Source: the human T2T-CHM13v2.0 reference genome, Homo sapiens
NCBI RefSeq assembly: GCF_009914755.1
Contig: NC_060929.1
Direction: 5' to 3' (one strand)
Length of the DNA: 64,000 nt
Shown piece after piece: positions 15,506 through 36,078 of the stretch. Positions within the stretch are counted from its first letter, which is position 1, and every line of letters begins with the position of its first letter. The notes beneath the pieces are model-generated. The model was not told the DNA's origin. It ran no database searches and was given only the letters and a program-made list of their open reading frames with translations. The position numbers and the translations under genes were made by a program.

Positions 15506-16601
15506 GCTGTTTAAACAAAGTAGGCTATAACTTGGATATTCCCATACAAAATTTGCTGTGTATTTCTGAGAAATAAATTAGCTGATAAGGCTTGTCAAAG
15601 ACAGTGTCTTCTAATCTATTGTTTTATACCACAATATACCGCATCCCAAATCATGTGTATCCGATTGCCCGTCACATGATACTCAATCAATATTTGCAGG
15701 GTGAATAAACAATTACCAGTTACTAGCATGCCAGGGAATCTTTGTCTTGTCTGTGCCAAGAAGTTGTATTTCTATTCCTCTGTTCCCTAGAATAAAGTGT
15801 GTCTGACAGCAGTCATTCAAGGATGATTTGTCAGATGACTAAATCATTAGCAAACTCAAAGGACTTTTTACTATTCTTCTTTCATCATCTTGGTATGATG
15901 AAATCAGAGTTTGTACTCATGACATGTATTTGCTTGAGAAAAAGATATTGATCCACTAAGGCTTTTAAATAAGAACTATGTTCAATAAAATAGACCAGGT
16001 CAGAGCACAATGAGTAGTGTCCCCTTGGTCAATGTGATTGACTTTACACACTGAATGAACTGCATGAAGAGGGGATTCAAAAGGAAGCAACTTAAATACC
16101 TGGTATTAGCTATCAGAGAGAATGGAAGTTTCTCTTAGTGAAAATAATTTTGGGCCCAAGGTTGGGCCATTGGTTCTTGCCAAGAGGGCATGATGGCCTG
16201 GCTCTCTGACCTTGACTCAATTGGCTTAACTGTTTAGTCCTTAGTTGCTCTCCTTGAAAAGCCACTGTCTCATAGGCATGTGGTAAGGATCAATGAAAAT
16301 CTCTTAGTAAAAGAAAAACATTACATTTGAATTCAATTATCATTTTTAACATGCTTTTCCAATGTTATCTCGTAAACTGGGTCACAACTACTTTGCTAAG
16401 TGGTTTGATATTGAAAATCCGGTTATGATGCTTAAAGGGTTTTAAGGGTTAAGATGTTTTTGTCTTTGTTTTGTTTTATGAAAATCAAGGGGCATCTTAA
16501 AGCATTTATGAATTACCCAAACTATTTCTTCATTCACCACTTTGAGTTTTAGCTCCTGGGGAGTGTTCTTTAGAAAAACTATATATGCTGCAACATAATG
16601 A

Positions 16602-18621
<2,020 letters not shown>

Positions 18622-19765
18622 TGATACCCTCTGAGTCTTCTCAGGTTGAGACCATTGTGTTGATGATGCTCCCTAAGAAATCTGGTTGGATTTAACAGAC
18701 AAATATGAATTCAAAACATTACAATGGAAAGCAGCACCAAATCTAGAGTGGCTGCGTCAGAATTGATTTGCTGTAAATTACATTGGGAGGTGAGTATAAA
18801 TGCCCATACACTGCCTTTGACTTATCAAAAATTTATTATATATTATTTTTATTATTATTATTATTTATTATGTCTTACTCCCCCACTCACCTCTAACCAC
18901 ACTTCTCCATACAAGCACACCCAGAGCCTTGCTCACAGCACAGTTTGGCTCTAGAATGTTTAGATCAAGAACCTGCATATTCTGCATTCCATTTTTGTAC
19001 TTATAGATGTGCAGAATGCATAATATGCCCTATTTTGTCAGTGTTGACTTCAGGGCTAACCCCAAAAAGCCAGGAATTTCTCTTGTTTTTCTCACTCAAA
19101 TATCACTCCATATTCATACCTTTCAGTGAGTTTGTACCCAGCTGAATCCAGACATAATTCATATTTTGTTATGAATTATTAACATTTTACATTTCCCTGA
19201 CTTGCATACCAATTATCCCACATTGCCAAAGCAAATGGAATAGTTGGTATGCAAGTCAGGGAAATGTAAAATGTTATGTATCGTTTTTCTTTCTTTTTAA
19301 ATCCCAAGACTGTACGTGGTGATTGCTCTACATAAGAGGGATCTCCTAATTGGTGGGAAACAGGTGATGTACCTGGTTTGAGGACAGTAGTAAATGCTTT
19401 TGCAGAATTCTCAGTGGGCTTTTCTGCTTGTTTCCTCCATTCTTCCCACCATGCCCACTGGTAAATGCACATTACTTTCTTCTTCAGTGGAATGTTAGGA
19501 TTATTTATAATTTGTTATACCCTTTTCTCACATACAGCCCTTCGTTAGTTGAAAGCACTAAAGAATTACTTCTCAGCATCTTTGTTGCGTACAGTATCTA
19601 AGTTGAGTCCTGCAGCACATCGCTCTGCATGCCAATGAGGAAGCATCTGGTCCATCCGGGCTTCCACTGGAGGCCACCCAGCATGATTCTTCCTTTTCAG
19701 CAAGAATGAATAGCAATGACACTTCATTTCCTCCTCTTGAATTAGGAGGAAAAGCAGAAGTGTAC

Positions 19766-19813
19766 AATATGATGGTAGACTGGATACCATAGAATATCGT
19801 GGTAGACTGGATA
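19766..19813. repeat. 21-bp direct repeat with 27-bp period
   Basis: aatatgatggtagactggata (19766-19786) and aatatcgtggtagactggata (19793-19813), 19/21 identical. Confidence 0.85.
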
Positions 19814-19974
19814 AGTAATAATGACATATCATTGCATAACAGCTTTCTTTTTGTTTAATTTTTGAGAATATAAGACCTATTTTGCATAGTATATTACAAA
19901 GAGTGAAGTCAGGTTAGGTAAAAGAGAAACTTCATGTTAAATATGTTGAGATAACCATTACAACAGTTGACAAG

Positions 19975-20765
19975 CAGTTAGTTCTCTCTTATCTTTCAGC
20001 CAGATGACAGTATTATAATTGTCCAAGTAAATTAAAATAGAGATGAAACCTATAGAATTCCTGAACAGACAAAGCCAGTTAGACTTCATAAGTGACCTTA
20101 ACGTTGCTTGATTTGCAAACACAAGCCAAACTTAACTTGAGCTATTTCTTATAAATCTCTATATTAAAAATAGAACTCAAGCTCAAACAATCACAAACAC
20201 TCAACAAACTTATCATTATATAACTGGCGACTTTCCAGTAGGATACACCAAGTAAGGCAACTTTGTAACTGTAACCAACCAAATAATTTCTTCTTTATTA
20301 TGTTTGCATTCACTCTAAAAGTCTGTTCATAATGCTTCCTCAATGGAGCCCTCAGAACATTTCTGGTTTGGAGCTGCTGAATTCATGAATTGCTGTTTAT
20401 TTACATAAATTCTTTAAAATTTGATTGCACCTTAGTTTACCTTTTTAACATAATTAGCCACCTCTCTGAAATCAGCTGTGGCCATGTGATTTTCTTTGGC
20501 CAGTGAAATGCAAGTGAAGTGACATGTGTTACTTCTGGACAAAAGCTTTAAGAGTCAGTACATGCTCACTATTTTCTCTTTTACTTCCACAACAACAACA
20601 TGCAATAATGTCCCAGAGACTGGCTGCTCTGTCAGCTAAGGTCCCAAAGTGAGGATGGTCTAGAATGTACCTCTCAGAAACCCACAATAAACATGTACTG
20701 TGAGTGAAAAATTAGCCTTGTTAGGTTAAGCCTCTGAGATTTAGTTTCCTTGCTTTTATCGCTTC
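19975..20765 (+). mobile_element. MLT1I-like MaLR LTR, interrupted by an ERV1 LTR
   Basis: 'gtggccatgtgattttctttggccagtgaaatgc...gtgacatgtgttacttctggacaaaagctttaagagtcag...ggctgctctgtcagc...ttaagcctctgagattt'. Confidence 0.8.
20020..20450 (+). mobile_element. ERV1-class solo LTR, LTR54-like
   Basis: TG...CA termini ('tgtccaagtaaattaaaatagag' to 'gtttacctttttaaca'). 4-bp TSD TAAT at 20016-20019 and 20451-20454, the length typical of ERV1. Confidence 0.82.
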
Positions 20766-21536
20766 ATTGCAATCATTGTACGCTGTCTAATTTCTTCACA
20801 TATTTTCTCTAAATCCTGAGGAAAAAAATGTTGTGTGCCCAGATTTTCACATAGCTTCTCCTATTAAGGCCTATGTATATTTCCATTGACTTCATTAACT
20901 GTATTCACTGTAAAATAAAAGGATATTTTACAGATGTTTTCTTAAAATTAGGTCTTCCCTTCCCTCTCATGCAAGGTGTCCTTACTTTCATTGAAATACC
21001 TCTTAGGATTTCTTATAATAATACATATTCTCTCTATAAAAACAGAGAGAGAGAGAACTTTTATCAAACTTCATCATTACAAATACACAGCATCCTTTAT
21101 TTTAATAATCTGTATAATTAAATTTATACATTTCATTATCTGTTCAGAGTGAAACTGAATTTGTCCTTCATAGGAGAACAGCTGTCAAAAAGACTCGTAA
21201 GATCGTTTCAATTTACCTTCACATATGGACTTAAAAGTTCCCTATTAAATCTCCCATCATTTTATGTGGTGACAATCTGTTCATCATCTCTCCAAACTAA
21301 TGTGAGTCTATTTCCCAGTATTTACTACAGTATCTCTTCCCCAGTTGATGCTCACTGACATTTCTCAAATAAAATAATGTCATTCCTTTATTTGAAACTA
21401 CAAGTGAACAAGAAAGACCAACCAAATGAATATTCAAATGCATCTTTATGTAGAATCATCATATTCATTTGCCCTGTATAAGTACATACAGCACATGCAG
21501 AGCTGGGTAGAGGCACATCTTCCCTTTTCTGTATAA

Positions 21537-21984
<448 letters not shown>

Positions 21985-22414
21985 TAATGGATCATTAGAA
22001 TGGTGTCAGAGCCATTTCAAGACCTGTGTTTGTGGCCCAATAATGGGAGGCTTAGCTAATGTCACATAGAATATGTTCAAAAAGATCAGCCATGACTTCT
22101 TCCAGGATTACTACTCATAACACTTGGCAAAAATTTGAAGAGAGCCAGAAAATAATGAGGGAGAGACTTGACCTGCTTCCTGCCATGTATATTTTATTGT
22201 TACTGCTTTATGTACTTATTGGTTAATGTAATAAACTCAATATACTCTGAAAAAGTTGGTGGAGATGTTTTTGTTTTCAGCCACAAAGGATTAGCTGATA
22301 CACGTGTTCGCTAAATATTAGCTCTAAAATAGACGCCTCTGTAACCCATCTTAACAGATTAAGAGCAGGAGAATAAAGCCAGAGACAACATTGAAAACTT
22401 TTGTGGTGAGGACT

Positions 22415-22650
22415 GTGAGTAGCAGTGAAGAGCCTGGACTCCAGAGCCATCAGACCCAGTTTCAATTCATCGCTCTTACTAGCTGGATGATGTGAGATAG
22501 GTAACGAACCTCAATGTCCTTATTTGTAAAATGAGAATTAAAGTTGTGCCTAATTTATAGAGCTGTTTTGAAGATTACGTAATAGAATGCTTATAGGATG
22601 CTTAAGGGCCTGGCATCTATGAAGTGTTCAATAAAAGTTTACCATAATTT
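22415..22650 (+). mobile_element. MIR SINE
   Basis: 'gtgaagagcctggactccagagcc...cctcaatgtccttatttgtaaaatgagaat...cctggcatctatgaagtgttcaataaa'. Confidence 0.8.
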
Positions 22651-23089
22651 TTGTGTTAAGGTTGTTTTTTTAATATTATTATTATAAATGAAAGCTTGAT
22701 ATCAGAGCTGAAACTACTTTTAAGCATCTAAACAAAGGAGGGGACTTCTGATTTTTTTTTTTTAATCTAAAAAGCCAAGAACTAGGGCAGAATCATGAAA
22801 ACGGCGAGTCCCTTACCTCAAATATTGCACAGATTTTTGTAATAAAGTAAATAATCCATCGCCCAGAGAAATTATCAAATGATACAAATGAATAACAGTA
22901 TGATCAAGCACAAGCATGATCATTGTGAGATGAAATTTGGTGTGTATGGGTGAGAGGAATTTTAGAGGTGACAAATTCTTAGGCTAAGAAAATATTATAA
23001 GCTTAAGTAAAAATTAATAGAGGGTAAGAGCAATCTGTTTAACCTGTAAATACTGAAGAGCTGCAGAGCACAGAGCTTTGTGTGTATGG

Positions 23090-23091
<2 letters not shown>

Positions 23092-23135
<44 letters not shown>
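23092..23135. repeat. (GT)n microsatellite, about 22 units
   Basis: Direct reading of the sequence. Confidence 0.98.
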
Positions 23136-23141
<6 letters not shown>

Positions 23142-24231
23142 ATATGTGAGTTTAAATATTTTGACAAGGAATTGTGATGTTAAAGTTATTTTAAAGTTTT
23201 CAGTTTTCTCAAGTAACTGAGACAACTGGCTATCTGTAATCTAAAATATTTAATTATGAGGAATATATAAACAACTGTGTTCCTGACTTATGTGATGCGC
23301 ATTTGTGTTTGTTGAGTGGGATAGTTTCATGAAGAGTCCATGGTTCTAAATTCTTTTCTTGCTGCATTTTGCTTGTGTCATTTAGACTATGATAAATATC
23401 TTATTTCATGTGGCACTGCACTAGACTACCCAAAGTGGCATTTGTTTGTATAGGTCAGTGGAAACATGGTATGGATACAGAGGTTAGATGAAACAAACCT
23501 TCAGAAGACACGTGAACACTAGGGCAATGCCATGAAGTAGAAGCACTGATGAGTAGTCTCATCACTGGTTCTCTTTCATGTAAGGGCCACTTTTGCATTT
23601 GCATCTTTTTCTCCCTCAGATAGTAAAATAGGCTTAAAATTGTTATCACATGTTATGACACTCAGGTGGTTTTCCATGAGTGAATGTCAACAAGGGTAAG
23701 ATAGCATTTTTTAAAATATGTTTAACACTTTGGTATATTACGTTTCCAAAAATGGTTGCAACAATAGCACCCAACCTACATGATTATAACAATGTAATCT
23801 TTCCATTCAACTATTGAGAGAGGAAATATCTTTTCCTCCCCATGAATTTAGGCTGGCTCTTGACTTGTTTTGACCAATAGAATGCAAACTATTAACTTCT
23901 GACTTGAGCCTTCAGGGAATGGCAAATCCTGCCTTTAAATCTTGAAACCTCCTTGTTGGAATTCATCCACTTGTTGAGGAAGCCGAAGCATCCATGTCAA
24001 GAGATCTGCATGGGGAAGAAGTTCCTTACTGACACCCCAGCTGAGCTCCTTCCTGGCATTTTCCAGGTATGTAAGTGAAACCATTTTGGATTTTGTAGTC
24101 ACAACCACCATCAACTCATGAGAAACTAACTGATACTGCATGAAATAGAGCTACCCAACTAAGTGCAGGCTAAATTCCTAACACTTAGAATCATGAGGGT
24201 ATAAAATGGTTATTATTTTAAGCCACTGGTA

Positions 24232-25185
<954 letters not shown>

Positions 25186-26304
25186 AGGCCATTAAGTTTT
25201 AGAGTAGTTTGCCCTATAGCAACAAATCAAACAAGTACCATATTTATTAACAGTTATTACTTTAGAAGATCTTGAGGATACCATTAAAAATCTCAGATTT
25301 AGAGAAAGAAAAAAGATTTAAAACGTTTTCCAACTATATTAGTGGTTTTTATAGGAAAGTTCTCCAGCTGTCTGCACGTTCTAAACCTAATAAGGACATC
25401 TACAGAGTTTTATTAAATAACTCTAAGCATGCATGAAGCAATTCATTTGTATACTATATCCATCCACATGTCTATAATCCAGTTCATCTAAGTACAAAAC
25501 ACTGAATGTATTAAATTATTATCTGGTACTAAATTTGTCCTTATGATATTTGACATACTGCATAAATCCTCTTTTTCTACTTGCACATCCAGTACTCAAT
25601 CATTCTTATAGTTCCTTGATAAAGGAATATCTTATATTTTGATTTTTAAAAGTTTACCAGCTGTAAGTAGAACAAAGAGAAGGGGAAGAAGGATACGAAA
25701 ATGAAAAATAATTAGTGCTCTAAAAATTATTTCCCTAATATAAAAATAGCTCAAGTTTGAGAACACAGAATAACATAATACTTTTGAAGAGCCACAATAC
25801 GTGTTAGCATATTAAGTATTAAACAAGTTCAATAGGGAAAAATTGTCTAACTTTAGTTTTACCAAGTATTTGCCAAAATTTATATGAACAGGAAATTCTA
25901 TTTTCGTAGACATTTGTTTTCATGCCAGAAAATAAAAATTTGTTTCTCTAGGGTATGTCATTAAAAGGAATTTTCATTCTTTCTTGAATTTTCTCCTCAA
26001 AATATTACTAAAAAATATTCAAATTGGGTTATCACATAATCATAATCTGTACTTCATGGATGTTAATAACTATGTGCTTCTATGGTATACACGATGTTTC
26101 TAGTAATAACAAAAGCTAAACAGTATTCAAGTAAGTTATGTGAATTAATATAATATCTCCTAGGTTAGAGAACCTGCTTGGAGCATGTATGTCTCTCAAT
26201 AGTTCTGGACTGGGGTAAGAGAGGAAGAGGCATGTGCATAGGAGTGGGAAGGGAAGAGGGAGAGTGTGAGTTGGGAATGGAGGTTAGTTAGAATAACAGA
26301 ATTC

Positions 26305-26475
26305 TAGCGCTGGTTTTAAACTTTTGCTGTATATAGAATCACTTGGAGAGCTTTTCCAAATCCCTATGCTCAGGCCACATCCCAAACCAATTAAACCAGA
26401 AGCTCTGGCCGAGGAAAGTATATATTTTAAAGCTCCCCAAGTAACCTTAATGTGCAGTCGAGGCTGAGAACCGCC
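26305..26475. mobile_element. MER5A (hAT-Charlie MITE)
   Basis: 'tagaatcacttggagagctttt...gctccccaagtaaccttaatgtgcagtcgaggctgagaaccgc'. Confidence 0.8.
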
Positions 26476-27329
26476 TTTTCTTAAGTGATGAGGATAATAG
26501 AGGGAATGCAGGGAAAGTCATCTGCAAACATTCTGACTTAAGACGATACTATCAGATCCCAGTGTTGTACACCAAGGACACTTTAGAAAGTTCTTCTACC
26601 TGTCTGAATAATTCCTGCCAGTTTTTTAAAATATCTTTTTCTTTATGAATTGCCCTTCTCTAGTAGGCTTGATTTAGCTCAGTATTTTTAAAGCCAAAGG
26701 TTGAGTCAGAAGTTCTTTAACTTGTACGTGTCAGTTTCACCTGGGGAGTTGTGTCAGTAACTTGTGACAAATAGAGGTAACTTTCTGATTTTTATTCTTG
26801 GTGATACTCTTGATACTTTCAAAATAAGTAAGAGGGCAGAAATGTCATGATGACAAATGCCTCCAGAACAGTCAAAGGATTCTTCTGCTGTCACTTAATT
26901 CTTTACTCCAACTATTACTACATTATATCTGTATATTAACACATGGATTTCAGCCCTCAGTCTGTGAGATTTCATCTTTGACTGTGAAAGTATCAGCTTC
27001 AATTAATTCTTTGGGAAGTTTTTATCATCAACTGGGTGTTCTGTTTTTTAGGAAAAAAGTGCTATGGATTTTCTAGATTTCAGAAGGAATAATCAAATTC
27101 TTTCAAAAGCCTATTCTACAACAGACTGAGATACAACCAATAATATTATGTCCTTTTAAGAATTATTTTTGGTTCAATATAGTACATGTCAAATGTTACA
27201 CAGAAGCTACAAGATTAATTAAAAGAAAAAAAGTAATTGAATATTTAGAAACAGAGTATTTTTATGGAAACATCACTCCTACCTCCCACCTGTCAATGTC
27301 AACATTTACAAATCAAACATGGAATAGGA

Positions 27330-27526
27330 AATAGTAGTTAAGAAGGAATCTCTGGAGTCCAACTGCACAGGGTCGTTTTCTGGCTTTGTAAGTACTGGCT
27401 TTGTAACCCTCAGTAAGATGCTGACTTCTCACGCCTTTGTTTTCTCACCTGTTAAATAGGGTAATAATAGGACCTATCTCATGGGGTCGTTTTAAACATA
27501 AAAAAGTATGTATATGAAAGAAGTAT

Positions 27527-27563
<37 letters not shown>

Positions 27564-27620
27564 GTGCTTAGTAGAGCATTTGTTAAAAAATAAGTATTCA
27601 ACAATGACAGCTATTATTAG
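27330..27620 (+). mobile_element. MIR SINE with internal (CA)n at about 27529-27561
   Basis: MIR core 'cctttgttttctcacctgttaaatagggtaataataggacctatctcatggggtcg'. Confidence 0.8.
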
Positions 27621-28733
27621 AATTATCACTAGATGCTTGTGTGTTCATTGGCTATAACAATCATTTTGAAAACCAAGCTTAGTTGTATTTTGGTAAAATA
27701 TACGATATATTTCATAGGGTAGAGGGTAGGCCACAGAGACCTTAGGGTCATCTCAACTTGCCACCCCAGTTCTACTTCCCCAAATATTCAAAGCCCAACA
27801 GGAAGTTGGTATGGGATTGCGAGGGGTTCCCAGGGTGCAGGCGGGAGAGCAATCGGTGGTCAGGAACTGATTGGTGGTCAGCAATCTATTGTCTCTTTGG
27901 GATGCTCTATTCAAGTCCATCTGTGCGTCTAGAACAGTTACAGGGTATTGAGATAGTCAGCTGTTATGCCTGACCACCGGCCTGAGTACCAAGATTCATG
28001 GCTGTGAATAGACTGGTCAGTGTGTCCAGCGTGTTCAGGCTTTCCGAGATTTTCTTTGCTGTTCAGTTGTTACTAATCCATTGCATCTCAGCTCCAAACT
28101 CAGGTGAGAACTGATCTGTGTGGGTCACTTTGTCTCTGGGTCTAAGCTAATTGGTCTGGCTGGGACCATGCACTAAAGGAAGAGGCCAGCCTCTCAGGGT
28201 GTTTTTCACACTCTTATATTCCTCCTGCAACATTTTATAGAATGGGAGGAATGCCTGTTCCTCAAGGTTGACCATGGGCAGAGAGTGTGGGCGTCAGGCT
28301 GGCTTTGCTTTATTAGGACTGAGCCTCCCATACTTTAGTAACTATCTTCAGCTTCACGCTTGTCTCCTAAGGAAATCAGTTTTGCTACACCTCAACCTCA
28401 GCTCCATCCCGTTATTCTCATAGGAAGGAGTCAGGAGGGGAACTCGCTCTACGGACCCTGGCTGGGTCTGGGCAGGAGTATGTCTCATACATAGTTTGGG
28501 AAATTGATTTTTCACTAGTGTGCTCAGGACCTAAAAAAAAGACAGAGGAAAGAAAAAGCAAAACACACTAGTTATCTAGTAGCCAGATCTGCTAAAGGGA
28601 AGGGTAAAACAGTTTTCCTTTTCACTGCCCCTGAAAGTACTAACTGCTGGTACCGGTGGCACTAATCTGGTAAAATGAAGATAGGCTCTTCCGTTCAAGA
28701 GCATGGTTGATACAGCTTTTATCTGATCTTTCT

Positions 28734-32019
<3,286 letters not shown>

Positions 32020-32654
32020 ATTTACTCTTTCTATTTGTTTTCCTAATTCTGACAATCTATTGTTTAAGGAAATAGTTCTTATAGAGAAGTACAGTATTAT
32101 ACTATTGTTTTCTTATACAAATTAGGGGGGGTCACAGAAAGTCCCAAGTCTTCCAGGAGGTGAGGAGAAAACTAGGGAGAAACAAAAGAGAGTGTTTTCT
32201 GTTCACAAAGATATAAGCTGAATGAATCAGATAATGCCTGGAGATAGAGTGTAGGAAGAAATATTTCACTGCAAAGAGGGTGAGGGGCAGCAAAGAAGTC
32301 TGTGATTTCACATTATGGAAAGGGAAACTCCCTAGATGACTGAACAGATTTAATTAGTGAAAACTCTTCACACATCTTATCTTAAAAATGATTGAGTAGT
32401 ATTTTAACAATCACTTTAAAATATTCAGTATTCATTAGCCTTGAAGTTTCTAATTCCTCCGCTATACTCCTATAGCACTTTGCTGTACTTCAGAAATTAG
32501 TACATTTTAGAGTATAATTATCATTTAATATTCACCTCTGTGTCCCTTTCTCCTTTTGCTCCACTACATTCATTCACATATTCATCTGTGCATACATGCA
32601 CATATTCATGTGTACATACATGCGAGACAGTGTTAAGCCAGAAATTATGAAGGG

Positions 32655-32870
32655 CGACTGGGCAACATGGCAAAACCACGTCTCTACAAAATTACAAAAA
32701 TTAGCCAGGTGTGGTGAGATGCACCTGTAGTCCCAGCTATTGAAGATGGAGGTGCTGAGGTAGGAGGATTGCCTGAGCATGGGAGGTCGACACTGCAGTC
32801 AGCCGTGGTTGCACTACTGCACTCCAGCCAGGGTAATAGAGCAAAATCTTGTCTCAGAATAAAAAAGAAA
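32655..32870 (+). mobile_element. 5'-truncated AluJ
   Basis: Begins in the middle of the left monomer ('ctgggcaacatggcaaaacc') and has J-type 'ggaggattgcctgagc'. Perfect 15-bp TSD AGAAATTATGAAGGG at 32640-32654 and 32871-32885. Confidence 0.92.
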
Positions 32871-33468
32871 AGAAATTATGAAGGGTCTCCACAAGGAGGA
32901 AGATGATTGTACATCTCTCTAGTAGGATACTCTATCTTTAGACTCAAAGGCTGTTTGCTATTGAAAAACTTCGTTTAGTCAAAAGGCCTGGACTGTGTAG
33001 GAGGAACACAAGAAATCTATGAAGAAATTTCCCACAACAATCATGATCCATGAGTTGTCTGGCATATGACAAATTAAATTAATCTTTGAGTGAATGAACA
33101 CCCTGTTAAGGAAGTCACATTTCAGAGGGAATTAGAAAAAAATGTACACAAAGGTCATAAATCTATTCTACTCAAATTATGCATAGAACACTATAGGAAT
33201 GTAGATGAGGAAGTAATTAAATCTACTGGGAATAGTCTAAATACAGATAGTGTTGGAGAAAGAGCCACTTATTTAGACTGACCTGTAAAAAGTGATTAGA
33301 TATGCAACCAGAAATATGGAGAAAAAAATGCAGAGGATGAAGATTCAGGGGAGATGGAGTATAATTAAAATAGCAATGTTTCTCAGAAACTTTATCTTAA
33401 TACATATCACAAAGCATTTCCACATTGCATATATCATTATTTATTTCTAGCCCATAAGCCTAGATGTA

Positions 33469-35578
33469 TAGGCACACCTTGGAGATACGGCAGGTTCTGT
33501 CCCAGACCACATCAATAAAGCAAATATCACAATAAAATGAGTCACACAAACTTTTTAGTTTCTCAGGGCATATAAAAGTTATATTTCCACTATACTGTGG
33601 TCTGTTAAGTGTGCAATAGCATTATGTTTAAAAACATATACCTTAATTTTAAAATATTTTATTGCTAAGAAATGCTGATGATCATCTCAGCCTTCAGAGA
33701 GTTGTAATCTATTTGCTTGTATAGGGTCTTGCCTCAATGTTGATGGCCGCTGACTGATCAGTGTAGTGGTTGCTGAAGTTTGGGGTGGCTGTGGCAATTT
33801 TTAAAAATAAGGCAACAATGAAGTTTGTCACATCAATTGAATCTTCCTTTTACAAAAGATTTTTCTGTAGCATTCAATGTTGTTTGATAGCATTTTACCC
33901 ACAGAACTTTCAAAATCGGGTCAAAAACTTGCAAACTCTGCTGCTGTTTGATCAACTAAGTTTAGGTAATATTCTAAACCCTTTGTGATGATTTCAACAA
34001 TGTTAACAGCATCTTCTCCAGGAGTAGATTCTGCCTCAAGAAACCACTTTCTTTGCTCATCCATAAGAAGTAACTCCTCATCTATTCAAGTTTTATCGTG
34101 AGATTTCAGCAATTCAGTCACATCTTCAGGCTCCACTTCCAATTCTAGTTCTTATTTTATTTTCACCACATCTGCAGTTACTTCCTCTACAAAAGCCTTA
34201 AACCCCTCAAAGTTATCTATGAGAGTTGTTGATATTTTGATCTCTTCCCATAAATCATGAATATTCTTAATGGCATCTAGAATGGTGAATTCTTTCCAGA
34301 AGGTTTTCAATTTACTTTGCCCATATTCATCAGAAGAATCATTATCCATGGTAGCAATAGCCTTATAAAATGTATTTTTTTTAAATAGTAAGACTTGAAA
34401 GTCAAATTTTACTCCTTGATTAATGGTCTACCAAATGGATGTTGTGTTAGTAGTCATGAAAATGACATAAATATCCTTGTACATCTCCATCAAAGCTCTT
34501 GGGTGAACAGGTGCATTGTCAATGAGCAGTAATATTTTGAAAAGAATATTTTTTTCTGAGAAGTAGGTGTCAGTAGTGGGTTTAAAATATTCAATAAACC
34601 ATGCTCTAACATATGTGCTATTATCCAAGCTTTGTTATTCCATTTATTAGAGCACAGCAAAGTAGATTTAGCATGATTCTTAAAGGTCTTAAGATTTTTG
34701 GAATGGTAAATGAGTATTAGCTTCAACTTAAAGTCGTCAGCCACATTTACTCCTAAAAAGAGATTCAACCTACTGTTGACTTCTTCTCTCTATCTAAGAA
34801 AGTCCTAGCTGGCAACTTCTTCCAATAGAAGGCTGTTTTGTTTACATTGAAAAATCTGTTGTTTTTTTAGCCACGTTCATTAATTTTCTTAGCTAGATCT
34901 TCTGAATAACTTGCTGTAGATTCTACATCAGCACTTGATATTTCACCTTGCACTTTTATGATACTGGAATAGCACTTTAAGTTTCCTTCATGAGCTTTTT
35001 CTTTGTATTCACAACTTGGCTAACTGTTTGGCACAAGAGGCCTAGCTTTCAAATTGCCAGGGCTTTGGACATGCTTTCCTCACTAAGCTTAATCATTGAT
35101 AGCCTGATTTAAGGTCAGATATGTATGAATATTCCTTTCAAATGAAAACTTAGAGGCTATTGTAGGGTTTTTAATTGACCTAATTTCAATATTGCCATGT
35201 TTCAGGAAATAGGGAGGCCTGAGGAGAGGGAGAAAAATGGAAAAATGGCCGGTCAGTGGAGCAGTCAGAACACACACAACACATTGGTTAAGTTCCCTGT
35301 CTTACATGGATATGGTTCATGGTGCCCCAAAACAATCACAGTGGCAACATCAAAGACCACCAATCACAGATTACCTAATGAACATAATCATAATGAAAAC
35401 ATTTTAAATATGAAAATTAGCAAAATGTGACACAGAGACACAAAGTGACCCCATGCTGTTGGAAAAATGGCACAAGTAGACTTGTTCTATGCAGGGTTAC
35501 CACTAACCTTCAGTTTGTCAAAAGTGCAATATTTGTGAAGCACAGTAAAGTGAGGTACAATAAAATGAGGCATGTCTG
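33469..35578 (-). mobile_element. Tigger1 (TcMar/pogo DNA transposon), both ends present, internally deleted
   Basis: Termini 'taggcacaccttggagata' and 'taaaatgaggcatgtctg', with TA on both flanks (33467-33468, 35579-35580). ORFs at 34152-34768 give DDE transposase fragments ([13 protein letters not shown]; KLKTFWKEFTILDAIKNI). Confidence 0.95.
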
Positions 35579-36078
35579 TATTATCTTCATTATATAGAGA
35601 CCACCATGACACTTAACTTCTGAGTGTCATAAAAGCTCTAGATTTTCAGGGATTTTACAAGTCCCTTAGTTAATTCACCTAGTGATGCCTGAGTCACCTT
35701 CATAACATTCTTAACAATTATCCATCCTAGGACAGGAGCTGCATGATGCAGCTCACTCCATCTTTGGGTAGCAATGACCACTGAACATGTGCCCTTAGTC
35801 TAAACCTACTTTCTCCACCCTTGATTCTAATTATTGAAGCCATGCAAAAGTATGTGTAGGCTTCACTGTACACTATAAACTACCAGATCTTGGTATTTCC
35901 TCTCTAGTCTGTCTTTCTTTTAAAGACTAAACACCTCTGCTCTGTGTCCCTGATATTCTTCATGTGACATAATTTTTAATCCTCTGTATTCCAAGTAATT
36001 CTTCTGTAAACACATCTTCTTTTAAAAAAAAAAAAAAAAAAGGCAGGTCTACTGTGGCCGACATCTAGTCTGGGCAGT

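Noticed and set aside
19566-19832. Overlapping 84-88 aa ORFs in a slightly GC-richer unique patch
   Set aside because: I recognise no protein similarity or splice structure, and the lengths are within chance.
36023-36041. Isolated poly-A as the tail of a processed pseudogene
   Set aside because: No recognisable upstream mRNA body, polyadenylation signal or TSD.
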